Shown in pieces: positions 29,135-50,435 of a stretch of 64,000 bases of DNA. Within the stretch, counting starts at the first letter, position 1. The number at the start of each line of letters is the position of its first letter. Source of the DNA: the human T2T-CHM13v2.0 reference genome, Homo sapiens; NCBI RefSeq assembly GCF_009914755.1, contig NC_060943.1; one strand, written 5' to 3'. Position numbers and translations under genes: made by a program. Under the pieces are notes generated by a model. It was not told the origin of the DNA and did not search any database. It saw only the letters and a program-made list of their open reading frames with translations.

Positions 29135-29334
29135 TCAGGAGGCTGAGGCAGGAGAATCGCTTGAACTCAGGAGGCAGAGTGAGCCGAGATTGTGCCATTG
29201 CACTCCAGCCTGGGCAATAAGAGTGAAACTCCATCTCAAAAAAAGAAAAGAAAGAAAATGTAAAAAAAGGTTGTTCTGACACTGGAGGAAATATGGTGCT
29301 CTGTTCAGTCCTGTGAGACTAGGACCTTTGTTTA

Positions 29335-29730
<396 letters not shown>

Positions 29731-29867
29731 TCAAAAAAAAAAAAAAAAAAAAAAAGATGTGTGAGGAAATGAAAGAATAAATGAACAAAATGTCAGAGTT
29801 GGGCCCAGAATAAGCCCTCAGTTAGCATTAACAGAATAAAGGAGTAAGTGAGGGTGTTGGCGAGTGA

Positions 29868-30257
<390 letters not shown>

Positions 30258-30260
30258 TAG

Positions 30261-30491
<231 letters not shown>

Positions 30492-30721
30492 TGAAACCTC
30501 CGCCTCCCAGGTTTAAGTGATTCTCCTGCCTCAGCCTTCCTAGTAGCTGGGACTACAGGTGTGCACCACCAAGCCCAGTTAATTTTTTGTATTTTTTTTT
30601 AGTAGAGATGGGGTTACACCATGTTAGCCAGGATGGTCTTGATTTCCTGACCTTGTAATCCACCCTCCTCGGCCTCCCAAAGTGCTGGGATTACAGGCAT
30701 GAGCCACCGCGCCCGGCCTAA

Positions 30722-30985
<264 letters not shown>

Positions 30986-30987
30986 TA

Positions 30988-31383
<396 letters not shown>

Positions 31384-32060
31384 TTAAAACCAGGGTTTCT
31401 CAATACATTTTATGTCATGATTTGTATCTCATTTGTTAATTTAGCATAGGTTAGACTGCCATGACAAATACACATGGTCACGAATGGCCAACAGCGGAAT
31501 GGTGGTTTACAGGTTGGCAGGCAATTTTCTTTATTCAGGGACCCAGGGTCCTTCACTCTTGTGGCTCTATAATCTCCCCAGGGGCTTTTCCTGCATATGT
31601 GTCCAGCCAGCCAAAGGGTCAAGGGCATGGGAAGTGAGTACAGGAGGGTTTGCGGGTCGAGCCTGCAAATGGTGCACTTGCCTTGCACTCACCACTCCTG
31701 GTCAGTCCTCAGTCTCGTGGCCACGCCCAACCGTGAAGGAGGCTGGGAAGTGTAGTCCTTGTGCTCAGGAACAAAAGGAAAAGGAAAGTTGGGAGCAGCT
31801 GATGGTGTCTGCCACAGGCTCACGTGCGGGTGTAGCACAAACCAGTGGCCTTCCTGCAGGAGGTGCACACTATTTTCTATTCTGTTTGATTTCATCTTTT
31901 AAAAAAAAAAATACTAGTGCTGCCGGGCACAATGAGTGACTCATGCCTGTTATCCCAGCACTTTGGGAGGCTGAGGCAGGAGGATTGCTTGAGGCCAGGA
32001 AGTCGAGACCAGCCTAGGCAACACGGTGAGGCCCTGACTCTAGAAAAAATTTAAAAATTA

Positions 32061-32234
<174 letters not shown>

Positions 32235-32686
32235 TTACCCTAATTTTTGGACCAGAAGAAGGATGCAGAGAGAGAGAAAATATTGCCCCAGGTCACACAG
32301 CTGGCAAGTAGTAGAGTCAGGGCTCCATCCGAGGCCACCAGGCGTCAGAGCCTGCTTCGTGAGTGGCCGCTGGCTCCAGGCACAGTGGGCGTCACCTCCT
32401 CCTCCTTTACCATCCGGAGGCAGAAGCAAGGAACTGCCCTTCTCTGTGGGTCTAATTTTTAAGGCCACAGGAACATTTTCTAGACTCCTCTGGCCAGTCT
32501 CTCATCCTCTCTTGTCAGCAGAACCGGGTCATATGTGTTCACCCTATGCCCCGCAATTGTCTAGGGTTGTGGCATTGCCTGAGTTGATCAGAGCAGTGTC
32601 TCAGCCCCAGCTGCATACTAGAAACACCTGGAGAATTTAAAAAAACCCCAGGCCCTGCCCCCTGCCTCTTTAAATTGAGCTTCTAA

Positions 32687-33028
<342 letters not shown>

Positions 33029-33766
33029 TGAGTATTGGGTGAACTCATAGACGGCATCAAGGCTTGGTCAGCAGGGAGGAAGGAGCAGCAGCTGCTTGCA
33101 GGTGGACGCCAGAACTTCTAGTGCCCTCGGATCAAAGCCAGGCAAACAGACTTCTCTGAGCTTCCTTCTCGCTCTCTGGCTGTCACATGAGCTGCCTTGC
33201 CAGCCTCTCCTTCTTCCAGTCACCAGAGAGGTGCTGTTTGCTTACGTATGCCACGCCAGACCCTGGGGTGGACATATGCTGTCACTTAATTCTCCCACCA
33301 TCTACTGCCTGCCTGGACTGCTGCATTAATTGGGATTCTTTTGGTTGTAAGTGAGAGAAATACAACTGAAACTATTGTAGGCAGAAAGGGGGATCTTACC
33401 ATTTTGTGCATTCATGAGGCGGCATGTCTAACTTAGGAACAATCCAAGAATTTCTCCATCTGCTGTAGGTGGGCCCATTTCCAAAAAATGGACAAAGTCA
33501 AAGGTCACAGCAGTTCTGGGTTAATAAGATAGCCTTCCATCCTGGCCACAACCAGAGAGGATGCTGGGAATGCTCTTCCTGGCTCCAGTCTCATGGAAGG
33601 ATTCTGATTGGTCCAGCTCAGGTCACGTGCCTCTCCTCCATGGTCTGGGGCAAGATGTGCTAGGCAGACAGATACAGAGACAGCAGCCCTCCTTGCCTGC
33701 CTCTGCACAGTGGATCTTGACATTGGGAATTTTATTTTATTTTATTTTATTTTATTTTTGAGATAG

Positions 33767-34054
<288 letters not shown>

Positions 34055-34057
34055 TGA

Positions 34058-34198
<141 letters not shown>

Positions 34199-34441
34199 TA
34201 ATTTTTGTATTTTTAGTAGAGACGGGGTTTCACCATGTTGGCCAGGATGGTCTTGAACTCCTGACCTCAAGTGATCCGCTTGCCTTGGCCTTTCAAAGTG
34301 CTGGGATTACAGGCATGAGCCACAACGCCCGGCCAACACTAGGAATTTTAAAACGTCATGAATTTGTGATCTCTGAGCCCCGCTGTGCTGCACAGTGGCT
34401 CTTGTGTTCCCCAATCTTGGGGGTTTTGCTTCTCATTCTAG

Positions 34442-34636
<195 letters not shown>

Positions 34637-35418
34637 TGATCACTCAGGGCCCCAGGAGCGGGTATGGGCACAGCTCACTCTCTGAGTGGCCTGGGGGCAA
34701 GTCTGTTTCTTCCCTGGGTCCAGTTCATTTATTCACTCTTCACTGGGCCAGGCACTGTTCTAGGTGCTGGGCATATAGCAGTGGACAGAACAGACACAAA
34801 TCTCTGGCCTCAGGGAGCTGACATTTTGGTGAAGAAGACCAGCAATACATTAGGACAATAAGGAAAAGGCATAGTAGATCAGATGGTGCCTAGTGTTCTG
34901 GAGAGAAGAAACAACGGGGTTGGGGAATGGGGAGTTGCAGTTTGTAATACAGGCCTCATGTATAAGGCAGACCTCATGGGGAAGGTAACATCTGTGCAGA
35001 GAAATGGAGATGAGGGCTAGGAGCCATGCAAATACTAGAACATGCTTGCCAGCAGAAGTCGAGAAACATGGCCGGCACAGTGGCCCACACCTGTAATCCC
35101 AGCACTTTGGGAGGCTGAGGCAGGTAGATCACGAGGTCAGCAGTTCGAGACCAGCCTGGCCAACATGGTGAAACCCTGTCTCTACTAAAAATACAAAAAT
35201 TAGCTGGGTGTGGTGGCACACGCCTGTAATCCCAGCCACTTGGGAGGGTGAGGTAGGAGAATCGCTTGAACCTGGGAGGTAGAGGTTGCAGTGATGCAGT
35301 GAGCCGAGACCATGCCATTGTACTCTAGCCTGGGCGACAGAGCGAGACTCCATCTCAAAAAAAAAAAAAAAAAAAAGCAAAAACAAACAGGTGAGATTCA
35401 TTTTGATAAAATAGCTGA

Positions 35419-36303
<885 letters not shown>

Positions 36304-36462
36304 TGAGACTGTAGGTGCCCGCCATCATACCTGGCTAATTTTTGTTTTGTTTTGTTTTGAGACAGTGTTTTTGCTCTGTTGCCTAGGCTGGAGTGCAGTG
36401 GTGTGATCTCAGCTAACTGCCACCTCCTGTGTTCAAGCAATTCTCCTGCCTCAGCTTCATGA

Positions 36463-36906
<444 letters not shown>

Positions 36907-38153
36907 TAAATAATTTTTGAGCACCTGCTCTGTGCCAGGTCCTAGTCTAGATGCCAGAGATACAACAGTGAATAAAACAAAACTCCTGCCCTCACGGAGC
37001 TCACATGTAACAGGGGAGATGGACAGGGGCAGATAAATGAGTGAAAACACGGAATGTCAGCCGCTGATTGCTGCTCAGGTGGATGCAGGGCACGGTGGGC
37101 ACAGTGGGGGCTGGGAGCAGTGTTAATTGGCTGTCCTGGGAGGCCAATTAACAGTGACATCTGGGCAGAGGCCTGAAGGAGGGGAGGGGACAGCTGTCCC
37201 TCTGGCCCTGGGTCAGGTGAGGAGCTTTGAATTAAATGGGAAGTGTTTAAGTGGAACTGGGTCCTAAGTGGCTGAAGGTGGCCAGAAAATTGATCAGTTG
37301 ACCTGGCGGTTCTGTGAGGATCTGGAAAGGGCGGGTCCACAGAGGTCGACGGAGACCATTTTCAGTTCCCAGCCCTCCTGATCTCAGGTCTTCAGTAGCC
37401 AGTCACAAGCAGATGTGGTGCTCCTCGTCCCCACGCTGTGTCATCAGGAATAGGGCGTTAATCTTGAGGGATTTGGGGCCAGCAGACCCTCTGACCCTGT
37501 CGTTCTTGTGTGCACCGTCAGTGTCTCAGGCACTCACCTGACGCTGCAGATGCCACCACCAGAGGCTGGGTGTGGCCTGTGGTGTCTGGCTTGCAAGGCT
37601 GTTTCAGAGAATGTGACGCAAAGTGCCCTGGTTGTGCGTGAGTGACAGGAAAGACAGGCTCTCTCGCTTGGATTCCCCAGCACTTGGGGTCATGACAGGG
37701 CCTCCCTTGGGAGGCACAGGCAGGTGGAGTACCCAAGATCCCCCAAACGCAGAAAGAAGTCTTGGCTTTTCCACAGCTCAGACCCCTCCCACCTCTCTCC
37801 TCTGCACAGCGTGTCCCCAGCTCTGCCCCGCACCCCTCTCTTGCGGGCTCAAGGATGTCAAAACTCTTCCTCTCCCTCATTCCTGAGTCATGCTCACCCC
37901 TCCCGGGGAGCTCACTGACTGAGGCTTGTTCATCTTGCCTGATTCTCCTGACTCAAGACTTTCTATTTCCAGCAGCCTGAGGCCCACCATGGCAGGACCA
38001 CCCATGTATGTGTGTTAACACCATTAAAGCCCCCATCCTTGCAGCACAGCAGGGCTTCAGTGTGGGCAGGAGGCTGGATCCGCTGGACTTGGAGGGCTGC
38101 CCAGGCTAAGAAGATGGTTCATTTTTGTTTTATTTATTTATTTATTTATTTAG

Positions 38154-38258
<105 letters not shown>

Positions 38259-39076
38259 TGAGTAGCTGGGATTATAGGCATGTGCCACCACACTCAGTTT
38301 TTGTATTTTTTAGTAGAAACAGGGTTTCACCACATTGGCCAGGCTAGTCTTGAACTCCTGACCTCAAGTGATCCGCCAGCCTCGGCATCCCTAAGTGCTG
38401 GGATTACAGGCGTGAGCCCCTGCGCCCGGCTTCATTTTTGTTTTGGAAGGAAACAGGGCTAGAGCAGGGAGAATCTGAACTGAGAAGCAGAAGAATGTTC
38501 TGTGAGCTCTTGCTGTGTGCCGGCGAAAGGCTCTGTGGACTTTCCGTTATTTCATCCTTACCTGCTGAGGGCAGGGCCTCTGATCGCCCCCAGTGTGTAG
38601 ATGGGGAAACTGAGGCTGGGCCCAGGAGGCTCCTGAGGGCATGGGGAAGCCTGGCTTTGATCGGAGGTGATGGTAAATGCCTCACTCACATTATCTCCCT
38701 GAGGGCTGGGGGCAGGTGCCCCCACTTGCCCTGTGGGGAAAACGAGGCTCAGAGAACTGCTGCTCAGGGTCACAGTGGGAACTGAGAGGCACGGATGACC
38801 CTGTGCTGGGCGTCCTCTGTGCCAGGTGGAGTTCTGAACGCTTCACAGGGTGAAACACAAAGCATCCTCTTGGCAGCCTGAGGAGAGGCCAATGCTGTTG
38901 TTCCCCCGTTTACAGATGGGGAAGCAGCGTCACGGCGAGGTGGGGCCACTTTTCCCTGGTGACAGAGCTGGGGTGTCCTGGAATAGGACAGGGGCCTGCA
39001 CAGTACAGCCCCAAGCCCTGCTTTACTGCCACCTTTGTTTTATGAGGCCAGCTTTTTTTGTTTGTTTGGTTTTTGA

Positions 39077-39340
<264 letters not shown>

Positions 39341-40066
39341 TGAAGGTCAACGGTGGGGGCGGGTCAGACACATGACACAGACCACTAGTTACTGGACAGG
39401 TGGGCAAGGGAGCCCCCAGAAGTCCAGCGTCAGCTCGGGCGCCCAGAACCAGGGGATGTCTAGATGCCCGCTGTGGAGCGCTCACAGATGGAGACAGGGT
39501 TCACCTGTCTCCAGGTGAGACTCGGCCACCCTGGGAGACGGTTCCTGCCACTTTTCCTCTCTGTGGCCTCCCCTCTGTCCTTCCTCCCCTTTCCCTACCT
39601 CTCCCAGCCCCTGCCCCATCTTTCTCCATGTCTTCGCCTTCTGTCCCCTCTTCCTCTTCCACTTCCACCTTGACCTAAACAAAGGCTGCAGGAGAAGATT
39701 CATCCTGTGATAAGCACAGGAGTCAGTGCCTGCCTGTGCCAGGGCAGAGCTAGAGGGACTCACTTACAGGTGACACTCTAGCGCGGAGGAGAGACGTCCA
39801 CCGTGATGGGTCAAAATGAGCTCCTAGAGCAAAGACCAAGCCAGGGAAGCATCAGAGCGCTGGGGGAGTGGGTTGTAAATAGCAAAGTGGGGAACTTGGT
39901 GACAGGAGTAGTCAGCGCTTAGACAGTATCTCCTGTGTGTCCAAGGAGGCAGGGACTGGCCATCTCCAATCTACAAATGGGGAAACTGAGGCCCTTGCCC
40001 ATGGCCACGTGACCAGAAAGCACAGCGCGTGGGTTTGAATCTCCATCTGGGTCACAAGACCCTTAG

Positions 40067-40492
<426 letters not shown>

Positions 40493-41056
40493 TGAGCCCC
40501 CCACAGACTGGGCCTGCCTGGGGAGGGCCATGTCTCCATCATCCATGCTTTCGGCTCAGGACAGCATGTGCCCAGGCCCGGGGCTGAGAGGAGCCTGGGG
40601 TTTCTGAAGCACTGATGAAAACCTGTGCCACCTGGAGAAAGTCCAGGCTCCTTGGGAGGCATCTGGAGATCCAGTATATGTCCCTTGAGTCCTCACCCTA
40701 ACCCTGGCCCTGTAGTGTAGTGCTGGGGGCCCATCAGTGCCAAAACTACCCTGGCCCTGCCCTCCCGGGGTTCACAGCCCAGTGCAGGGAGACAGACCAC
40801 TGATGTGACAGTGACAACCCAGAGAGGGCTGGAATGGGGAGTCCAGGGGGCTGGGACAACCCAGCGGGGCATCTAACCCAGTTTGTGGGTAGTCTGGGAG
40901 GGCTTCCCATAGGAGGGGGCACTGGGGCTGAGACCTGGAAGCAGGAGAGCAGGTGTCCCTGAGGGATGCCCATTTTGGGGCTCTGGGTGCTCGGTCAGCC
41001 CCTCCCTCCCCGCACTGGCCAGGCCCTGACACCCTGGCGTCTGCTCCTCCACCCAG

Positions 41057-41158
41057 GTGAAATCTGAACGGAGCAGAAACTCTCGCAAGTGGTGCCGCCG
41101 CCGGGGCATAGAGGAGCATCGACTGTACGAAATGGCCAACCTTCGGCGCCAGTTCAAG
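41057..41158 (+). CDS. DHX34: DHX34 exon 9
   Basis: [34 protein letters not shown]; AG/GT boundaries. Confidence 0.93.
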
Positions 41159-41677
41159 GTGAGGCTCGGGAGGAGGGGTAAGGCCGGCCCCACTCAGGCA
41201 GACGTGTGTAAGCACACTCCAGAACACTGCTTCCCCTTCCCAGACAGTGGTCAGACCAGAATCCCACCCTGCACCCACCTCCCCCACCACCCGGTGACCA
41301 GGTGTTGGGGCAGCTGGGCAGAGCAAAGGGAGCAGAAATCCAGGAGGGCTTCCTGGAGGGGTGGACCGAGTCAGTGGACATGCAGCATCCTCGGGAAGAG
41401 CTCGCCCTCCAGACTGGGGATGCTGAGCTGGCTGCATGGGCATGGTGTTGGAGGCAGCCTACGGTTGTGGTTGGCCGGCACATCTGGAGCCAGACACCTC
41501 AGCCACAGATCCCAGCTCTGCCATTTCTGACAGCGTGGCCCCGGGTGTGTTACTGCTTGTCTCTGGGCCTCAGCTTCCCCTCGATAAAAAGAGAGGATAA
41601 AAATAGCACTTGCCAGCCGGGCGTGGTGGCTCACGCCTATAATCCTAGCACTTTGGGAGGGCGAGGTGGGTGGATCA

Positions 41678-41956
<279 letters not shown>

Positions 41957-42924
41957 TCATAGATACTGTTCTCCATCTGAGTGCAGACAGACCTGCTGTT
42001 AGGTCCTTTTCCATGGTTGTATCCATGGATTGAGAATAGAATAAAAGGGTTCCTGGTGTAATCCATTCTGTTTGGTTGGAGATGGGCAAGCTGAGGCCCA
42101 GAGGGGGCAGTCACCCAGCCGACACCTCCGGTACCATTTCTGGGGTCCCGGTGTTGGGGACCACAGATGCCCCGATTGCTCTGAGCATGGGTCCCGAGTT
42201 CTCTCTGGCTGCTAGAGCAGTGTTCAGGCTTCATTGGTCCCCAGATGCTTTGAGAATCTAATGGAAAGTGTGAGCCCTTTGCACCCACATGCACACATAC
42301 AGACACACATGCACGCACAATCTCCTGTGTCCTCCATCGGTCAGGGCTCAGCAGGAAACAGAAGGTCCAACCAAATTGGGTCACTTGAGGAATGTTGACA
42401 AGATGTGGGCACGGGGAGGGCAGGGGTCTCAGATTTTATGGGTCACAGGCAGCTGGAGGGTCTGTTGGGTCCAGATGGCCAACCCCGCCGAGCCCCCTCC
42501 TCTCTCCACTTGGTCGTTCTGGGATGAGGCCCAGGACTTGGCATTCCCAGCATGTGCCTAGATGCCCCAGGGCTACACTCAGAAGCACTAGTGCAGGACG
42601 CCCACCAGGGCTGTGTGGGAAAGCAGGGCCCCCCAGACCCAAGGGGCAGGTGGGGCAGTCAGCAGAGCCTGGAGCCAGCTGTGGGAAAAGGCACTGGACG
42701 CCCGCACCTGCCTCCTCTTGCCCCTGGCCCCGGTGTTCCCTCCACTGACCAGCGAGGACAGCTCTCTCTCTGGAGCAGCGATCCATGCCCAGCACCATGC
42801 GAGGGGCTGTTTTCAGCCCCCTTTGGGCACTAGCAGCCCTGCCACTGGGAGGGTCCCCATTTCCATGAGTCCAGAGCCCACTGAGTCTGCCCTGAGGCCC
42901 TCACCCCTACCCACCTGCCCCTAG

Positions 42925-43332
<408 letters not shown>

Positions 43333-43382
43333 TAGGAGCCCCTCAGGTCCCCTAAGACTCTGCCTCCCCGTGCTCCCCCCAG

Positions 43383-43556
43383 GATGTGAAGTTCAAGCTT
43401 CGGCATGACCTGGCGCAGCTGCAGGCCGCTGCCAGCTCAGCCCAGGACCTGAGCCGCGAGCAGCTGGCTCTGCTGAAGCTGGTGCTGGGCCGGGGCCTGT
43501 ACCCACAGCTGGCCGTCCCCGACGCCTTCAACAGCAGCCGAAAGGACTCAGACCAG
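43383..43556 (+). CDS. DHX34: DHX34 exon 11
   Basis: DVKFKLRHD...[10 protein letters not shown]...DSDQ. Confidence 0.93.
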
Positions 43557-43646
43557 GTGGGGCCTGTTCTGCCCCATCCTATGTTTTGTCCTCCAACACA
43601 CGAACCCTGAGTGCCTGTCCTGTGCCGGGAATGCAGTGGTGACTGA

Positions 43647-44129
<483 letters not shown>

Positions 44130-44373
44130 TGACGGGGGCCCACAGGAGGGGAAGTTCCAGGGCCAGGCCTCCCTGGGTAGCCTTGGGTGACTCACCCCTG
44201 CTGGGCCTCACCTTCCGCATGGTGGTGATAGTCAACCTAAGCCAGTGTGGCTGTGCCCAGAGAGTGAGCACCGGTCAGGGGGCCTGTCCTATGGACTCTG
44301 TGAGCTCCCAGGTGGGTCCTGCAGAGGGAGGCCCCCCTGGCACCCGTGTGCATGGAAGGGTGTCTCGCTGCAG

Positions 44374-44448
44374 GCATGGCTGCGTGCTGGGAGTCACATT
44401 CAGATTTGGCTGACCTTCTTGTCTGAGCCAGGCCACCAAAGCCATGCC
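44374..44448 (+). other. DHX34: Candidate DHX34 poison cassette exon ('12b'), 75 nt with in-frame TGA
   Basis: tgtctcgctgcag| acceptor, GCC|GTAAGC donor. In phase 1 it reads GMAACWESHSDLADLLV* with TGA at 44424-44426. Confidence 0.65.
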
Positions 44449-44536
44449 GTAAGCATACTCTTTCTATCGATGTGTACTTTGACCGGGTGGGACAGGCGGG
44501 CTTCTGATGGGCCTGGGTGGGCCAGGGTGGGCCTGA

Positions 44537-44845
<309 letters not shown>

Positions 44846-46398
44846 TAACCTGCCAAGTGCCTGCTGGGTGCCAGGCGCTGTGCCAGGTGCCAAGGGCACA
44901 GCAGGGAACCAGGCATGAAGCCCAGCCCCTGCCCTCTCGGGCTCTAGTGGCAGGGGACAGTGACAGCAGTAGCACAGTGATGCCCTGAGCGACGTGTGGG
45001 AGGGTGGACACAGGGTGTGGTACAAGATAAGGCCACCTGGTGTCCCCAGGCAGAGACCCAAAGAGGAGAGCGTGTGGATCTCGGGGCAGAGTGTTCCAGG
45101 CAGTGGGGTGGCCTGCACAGAGGCTCCGAGGCAGACATGTGCCTGGCGTGCAGTCAGCAAGGGAGAGCGTGTGGAGATGAGGCCAGAGAGGCGAGGGAGA
45201 CAGGACCCTGGGGACTTCTCAGAGCTGGGACAGGGTCCCAGCCAGGAGGGCTGGCAGCTGCCAGGAGGGAGAGGAGGGTGCTGCCCCGGTGGAGGCTGAG
45301 GCCGAACTCAGATCATGGATGCCCTTGCATGGGCACCGGCAGCAGAGCCATGGGCCCCATGGCAGCCACTGCCCTGCCCCTAGTGCTCCTCGAGCGTCTT
45401 TGTGATCCTAGGCCTGGCCTCGGAGTCCTCACGCAGCCCTGTGGGTCTCCCTTTATAGAGGGGACTGAAGCTCAGGCAGGGGCGGGGATACGTCACCTAA
45501 GTCACACACCGAGCAGGTGGCCAAGCCAGAGCTCCTGGGTCACACTGCCCCCTCCTGCCTCCTGGCTCACTACCAGCACTCCCCGGCTTGGGTCCCAGGG
45601 AACGTGGAGGGGAGAGAGGAACCTGCAGGCTCCTAGAGCCTCAGGGTTTTGTTGACACTGCGATTGCCACCAACACCACAAAAGCCAGCTCAGCTCAGTC
45701 ACTTCTGTGCGTGTCCACACCTCCCTCGAGCCCGTCTGGTGGGCCAGGCACTGTTAGTGTTCAGTGTTCTGGGGCCGGGGGTGCAGCTGTGGTCAATGTC
45801 AACCAAACTCCCCACCCTCATGGGGCTCAGATAGGATGGTAGAGGCAGACGGCAAACCAAAAGGGTGATGCCAGGTGCTCATGTGAGCATGGGAAAGCAG
45901 GCAGCACGCAGGCCGAGGGACAGAGGATTGGCGACCAGCCGGGCCGCAGGAAGCGGAACAGACCTGCTACCTGAGGCGCGCTCTCCCTGCACTGGACTGC
46001 TTGTTGAGAGAATCTGGCCAGCTCACACCTGGAATCCCAGCACCTTGGGAGGCTGAGGTGGGAGGATTGTTTGAGCCCAGGAGTTCAAAGGCAGCCTGGG
46101 CAACATAGGGAGACTCTATCTATCTCTACAAAAAATTTTAAAAAGTTAGCTGGGCGTGGTGTTGTGTGCCTGTAATCCCAGCTACTCGGGAGGCTGAGGC
46201 AGGAGGATCGCTTGAGCCTGGGAGATTGAGGCTGCAGTGAGCTGTGATTGTTGACACTGCACTCCAGCCTGGGTGACAGAGTGAGACACTGTCTCAAAAA
46301 ATAATAAGCCGGGCATGGTGGCTCACGCCTATAATCCCGGCACTTTGGGAGGCCGAGGTGTGTGGATCAGTTGAGGCCAGGAGTTTGGGACCAGCCTA

Positions 46399-46601
<203 letters not shown>

Positions 46602-47063
46602 TTAATAATAATAATAAGAAGAAGAAGATGGAGAAACTTCACATTCACATAAGCAGGCAGAACAGTATATGGAGCCCTCCTGTACCATCCCCGGTCCCCA
46701 AACCATCCACGCATGGCCAGTCCTGCCCTTTCCTCTGCCCTGGCCCCAGCCCTGAGGATTTTCCCCAACATCTTATGAGCCACAGCACTGGTAATTACAG
46801 CGCTGACTTCCGTCCTCACAGAGGAGCGTGTGCTCAGGGTCTGGGCTCTCCCTGCACGTCGTGTGTGTCTGAGTGCCTGCTGTCCCTCTGCCACCCTGCC
46901 TGAGAATGCAGCTGTCTCTCTCCCAGCACGCTCCCATCTGCCGCCCCGCCACCCCAGCCCCCTTCCCTGACTCAGCGGCTGCCTTGTTCATGCCGTATCC
47001 CCAGCACCCGAAGGGGTGCCTGGTACAGCGGGTAGATGGCGGGTAGGTGGATGCCTCACATAG

Positions 47064-47714
<651 letters not shown>

Positions 47715-48271
47715 TAACAGTAAAGGACAGGCAGGGTGTGAGAGGGAAGCCGTAGACGTCTGCTTGTGGATGGGAAGAACTGAACTGAGCAGACTTGAAA
47801 CCAGCCCCTGACTCTTAGGTGGGGAGTGGAAATTGCTCGTGGTTCTACTTCATGTGGGTGGGGTGGGGAGAAGGGTACAATCCAGGCTGACTTCCTGGAG
47901 TAGAAGGGCTTGAGGACAAAGGAGCAGGAACCCAGTGAGCCATGGAGAGGGGACCAAGGCTGACATGCTAGGAGGAGGAGGGGGGAGGTGGCCAGACTTG
48001 AAGGTTAGACTCAAGGTCTGAATGGGGTCCCACCAGTGACAGGGGCAGAAGAGGGGCCTGGGGAGGGCAATTTAGATGGGGGTGGGTTATCAGGTATATT
48101 CTAGACAGACCCCTGGTCATGTGTGTCTGCAGCCAAATTGTGATTGGTGTAAGCACTTGGCTCCCGTAACTGCAAAGCCCGAGGGAGGGCTTCAGGCACA
48201 GCTGGATCCAGGTGCTTTGGCGGCATCTCCCTGAGTCTGTCTCTCTCCATTTCCTGTCTCTCCTTCCTTAG

Positions 48272-48836
<565 letters not shown>

Positions 48837-49435
48837 TGATGGTCTCCTGTGCGTGTGAGCACTTGCTAGAGCTTCGAGGACTGACGACCTCCACCCGCTG
48901 GCCCTGGCTGGTGCCACACACAGGCCTTGTCCTGAAGATCAGGAGCCCAAGGCAGGGAGAGCCTGGAGCGCCACCTCTTTCTGTCTGCCTGTCCCCTGTG
49001 GTGTCTCTGTGTTGCTGTCTTTGTCTCTGTTTCTGTCTCTCTGTGGCTATGTCTCTTGTTATTTTTCTCTGTCCTGCAGCTATCTCTGCCTTGGTCACCT
49101 CCACCCTGTTGTCACCCAGGGATGCCACACACTGGGGTTCAGTGGGGGAGATAGCACTGGGGCCACATGCCTCCATCCCCGGCTGGCTGTGTCTGCCTCT
49201 CAGTCTCCATGTCTCTCCTTGTGTCTTTCTCTCTGTCTCTCTCACTGGCAGGGATGCGGAGTAAAGACAGACCTGTGTATTTTTATTAATCTGGGAGGGC
49301 TTCCTGGAGGAGGCAAAACTGGGTTCTCCAAAGGCCAGGAGAGAACCTGAGCCCCACAGGTGCCTGGCATTTGGGTGCGGGTAGACCTGTGCACTGGAAC
49401 ACGCCCCTCACAGCCTCCTCCTTTTCCTCCCTTAG

Positions 49436-49569
49436 GGGCTGAGGAAGCTGCCCTCGAAACCCTCCAGAAGACATCTGTCCTGCAGAGGCCCTACCACTGC
49501 GAGGCCTGCGGGAAGGACTTCCTCTTTACACCCACAGAGGTGCTGCGCCACCGGAAGCAGCACGTGTGA
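49436..49569 (+). CDS. DHX34: DHX34 exon 17 coding part (stop TGA 49567-49569)
   Basis: (G)[10 protein letters not shown]...[25 protein letters not shown]. Confidence 0.94.
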
Positions 49570-49713
49570 GCTGGGCCAGGAGCCCTGCCCACCTCCGTGC
49601 AGCTGACCTGCCCTCCAGCCCAGGACTAGGGGCAGGACTCTTGCCTGAACCCCCAGCCTGGGCTTAGCCCTGTGGTCCTGTCCCAGTGCAGAGGGCCTGG
49701 AGCACGGATTGTG

Positions 49714-49719
49714 AATAAA
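49714..49719 (+). terminator. DHX34: DHX34 proximal poly(A) signal
   Basis: AATAAA about 145 nt after the stop codon. Confidence 0.65.
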
Positions 49720-50005
49720 GCCTCACATGCTGATACACACTGTTAGGCCTGCACCTGCCCATCCAGAAAGCAGCAGCTGCCTTGTTAGTCCTCCCCAGGG
49801 TCTAGCTTTCCTTCTTCCTGCTGCAGGGTGCTGCCTGAGGGGTCCTGGGTAGGAGGGGCGTTAGAGCCAGCAGGGACCTCCCATGTCTCCAGATTCCAGG
49901 TGCAGGTTCTTAGCACCTCCGCAGCCGCTCTCTCTTGAGTCCATCCTCAGTCTCTCCTACCCCTTGAAGTAGGGGGACCCTGAATTTGCCCATCCACCTG
50001 GGTCA

Positions 50006-50435
<430 letters not shown>

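Noticed and set aside
44232-44311. Alternative 80-nt cryptic exon in intron 12 (TAG acceptor, GTGGGT donor)
   Set aside because: Poor pyrimidine tract next to the AG and a weaker intronic donor match than the 44374-44448 candidate.
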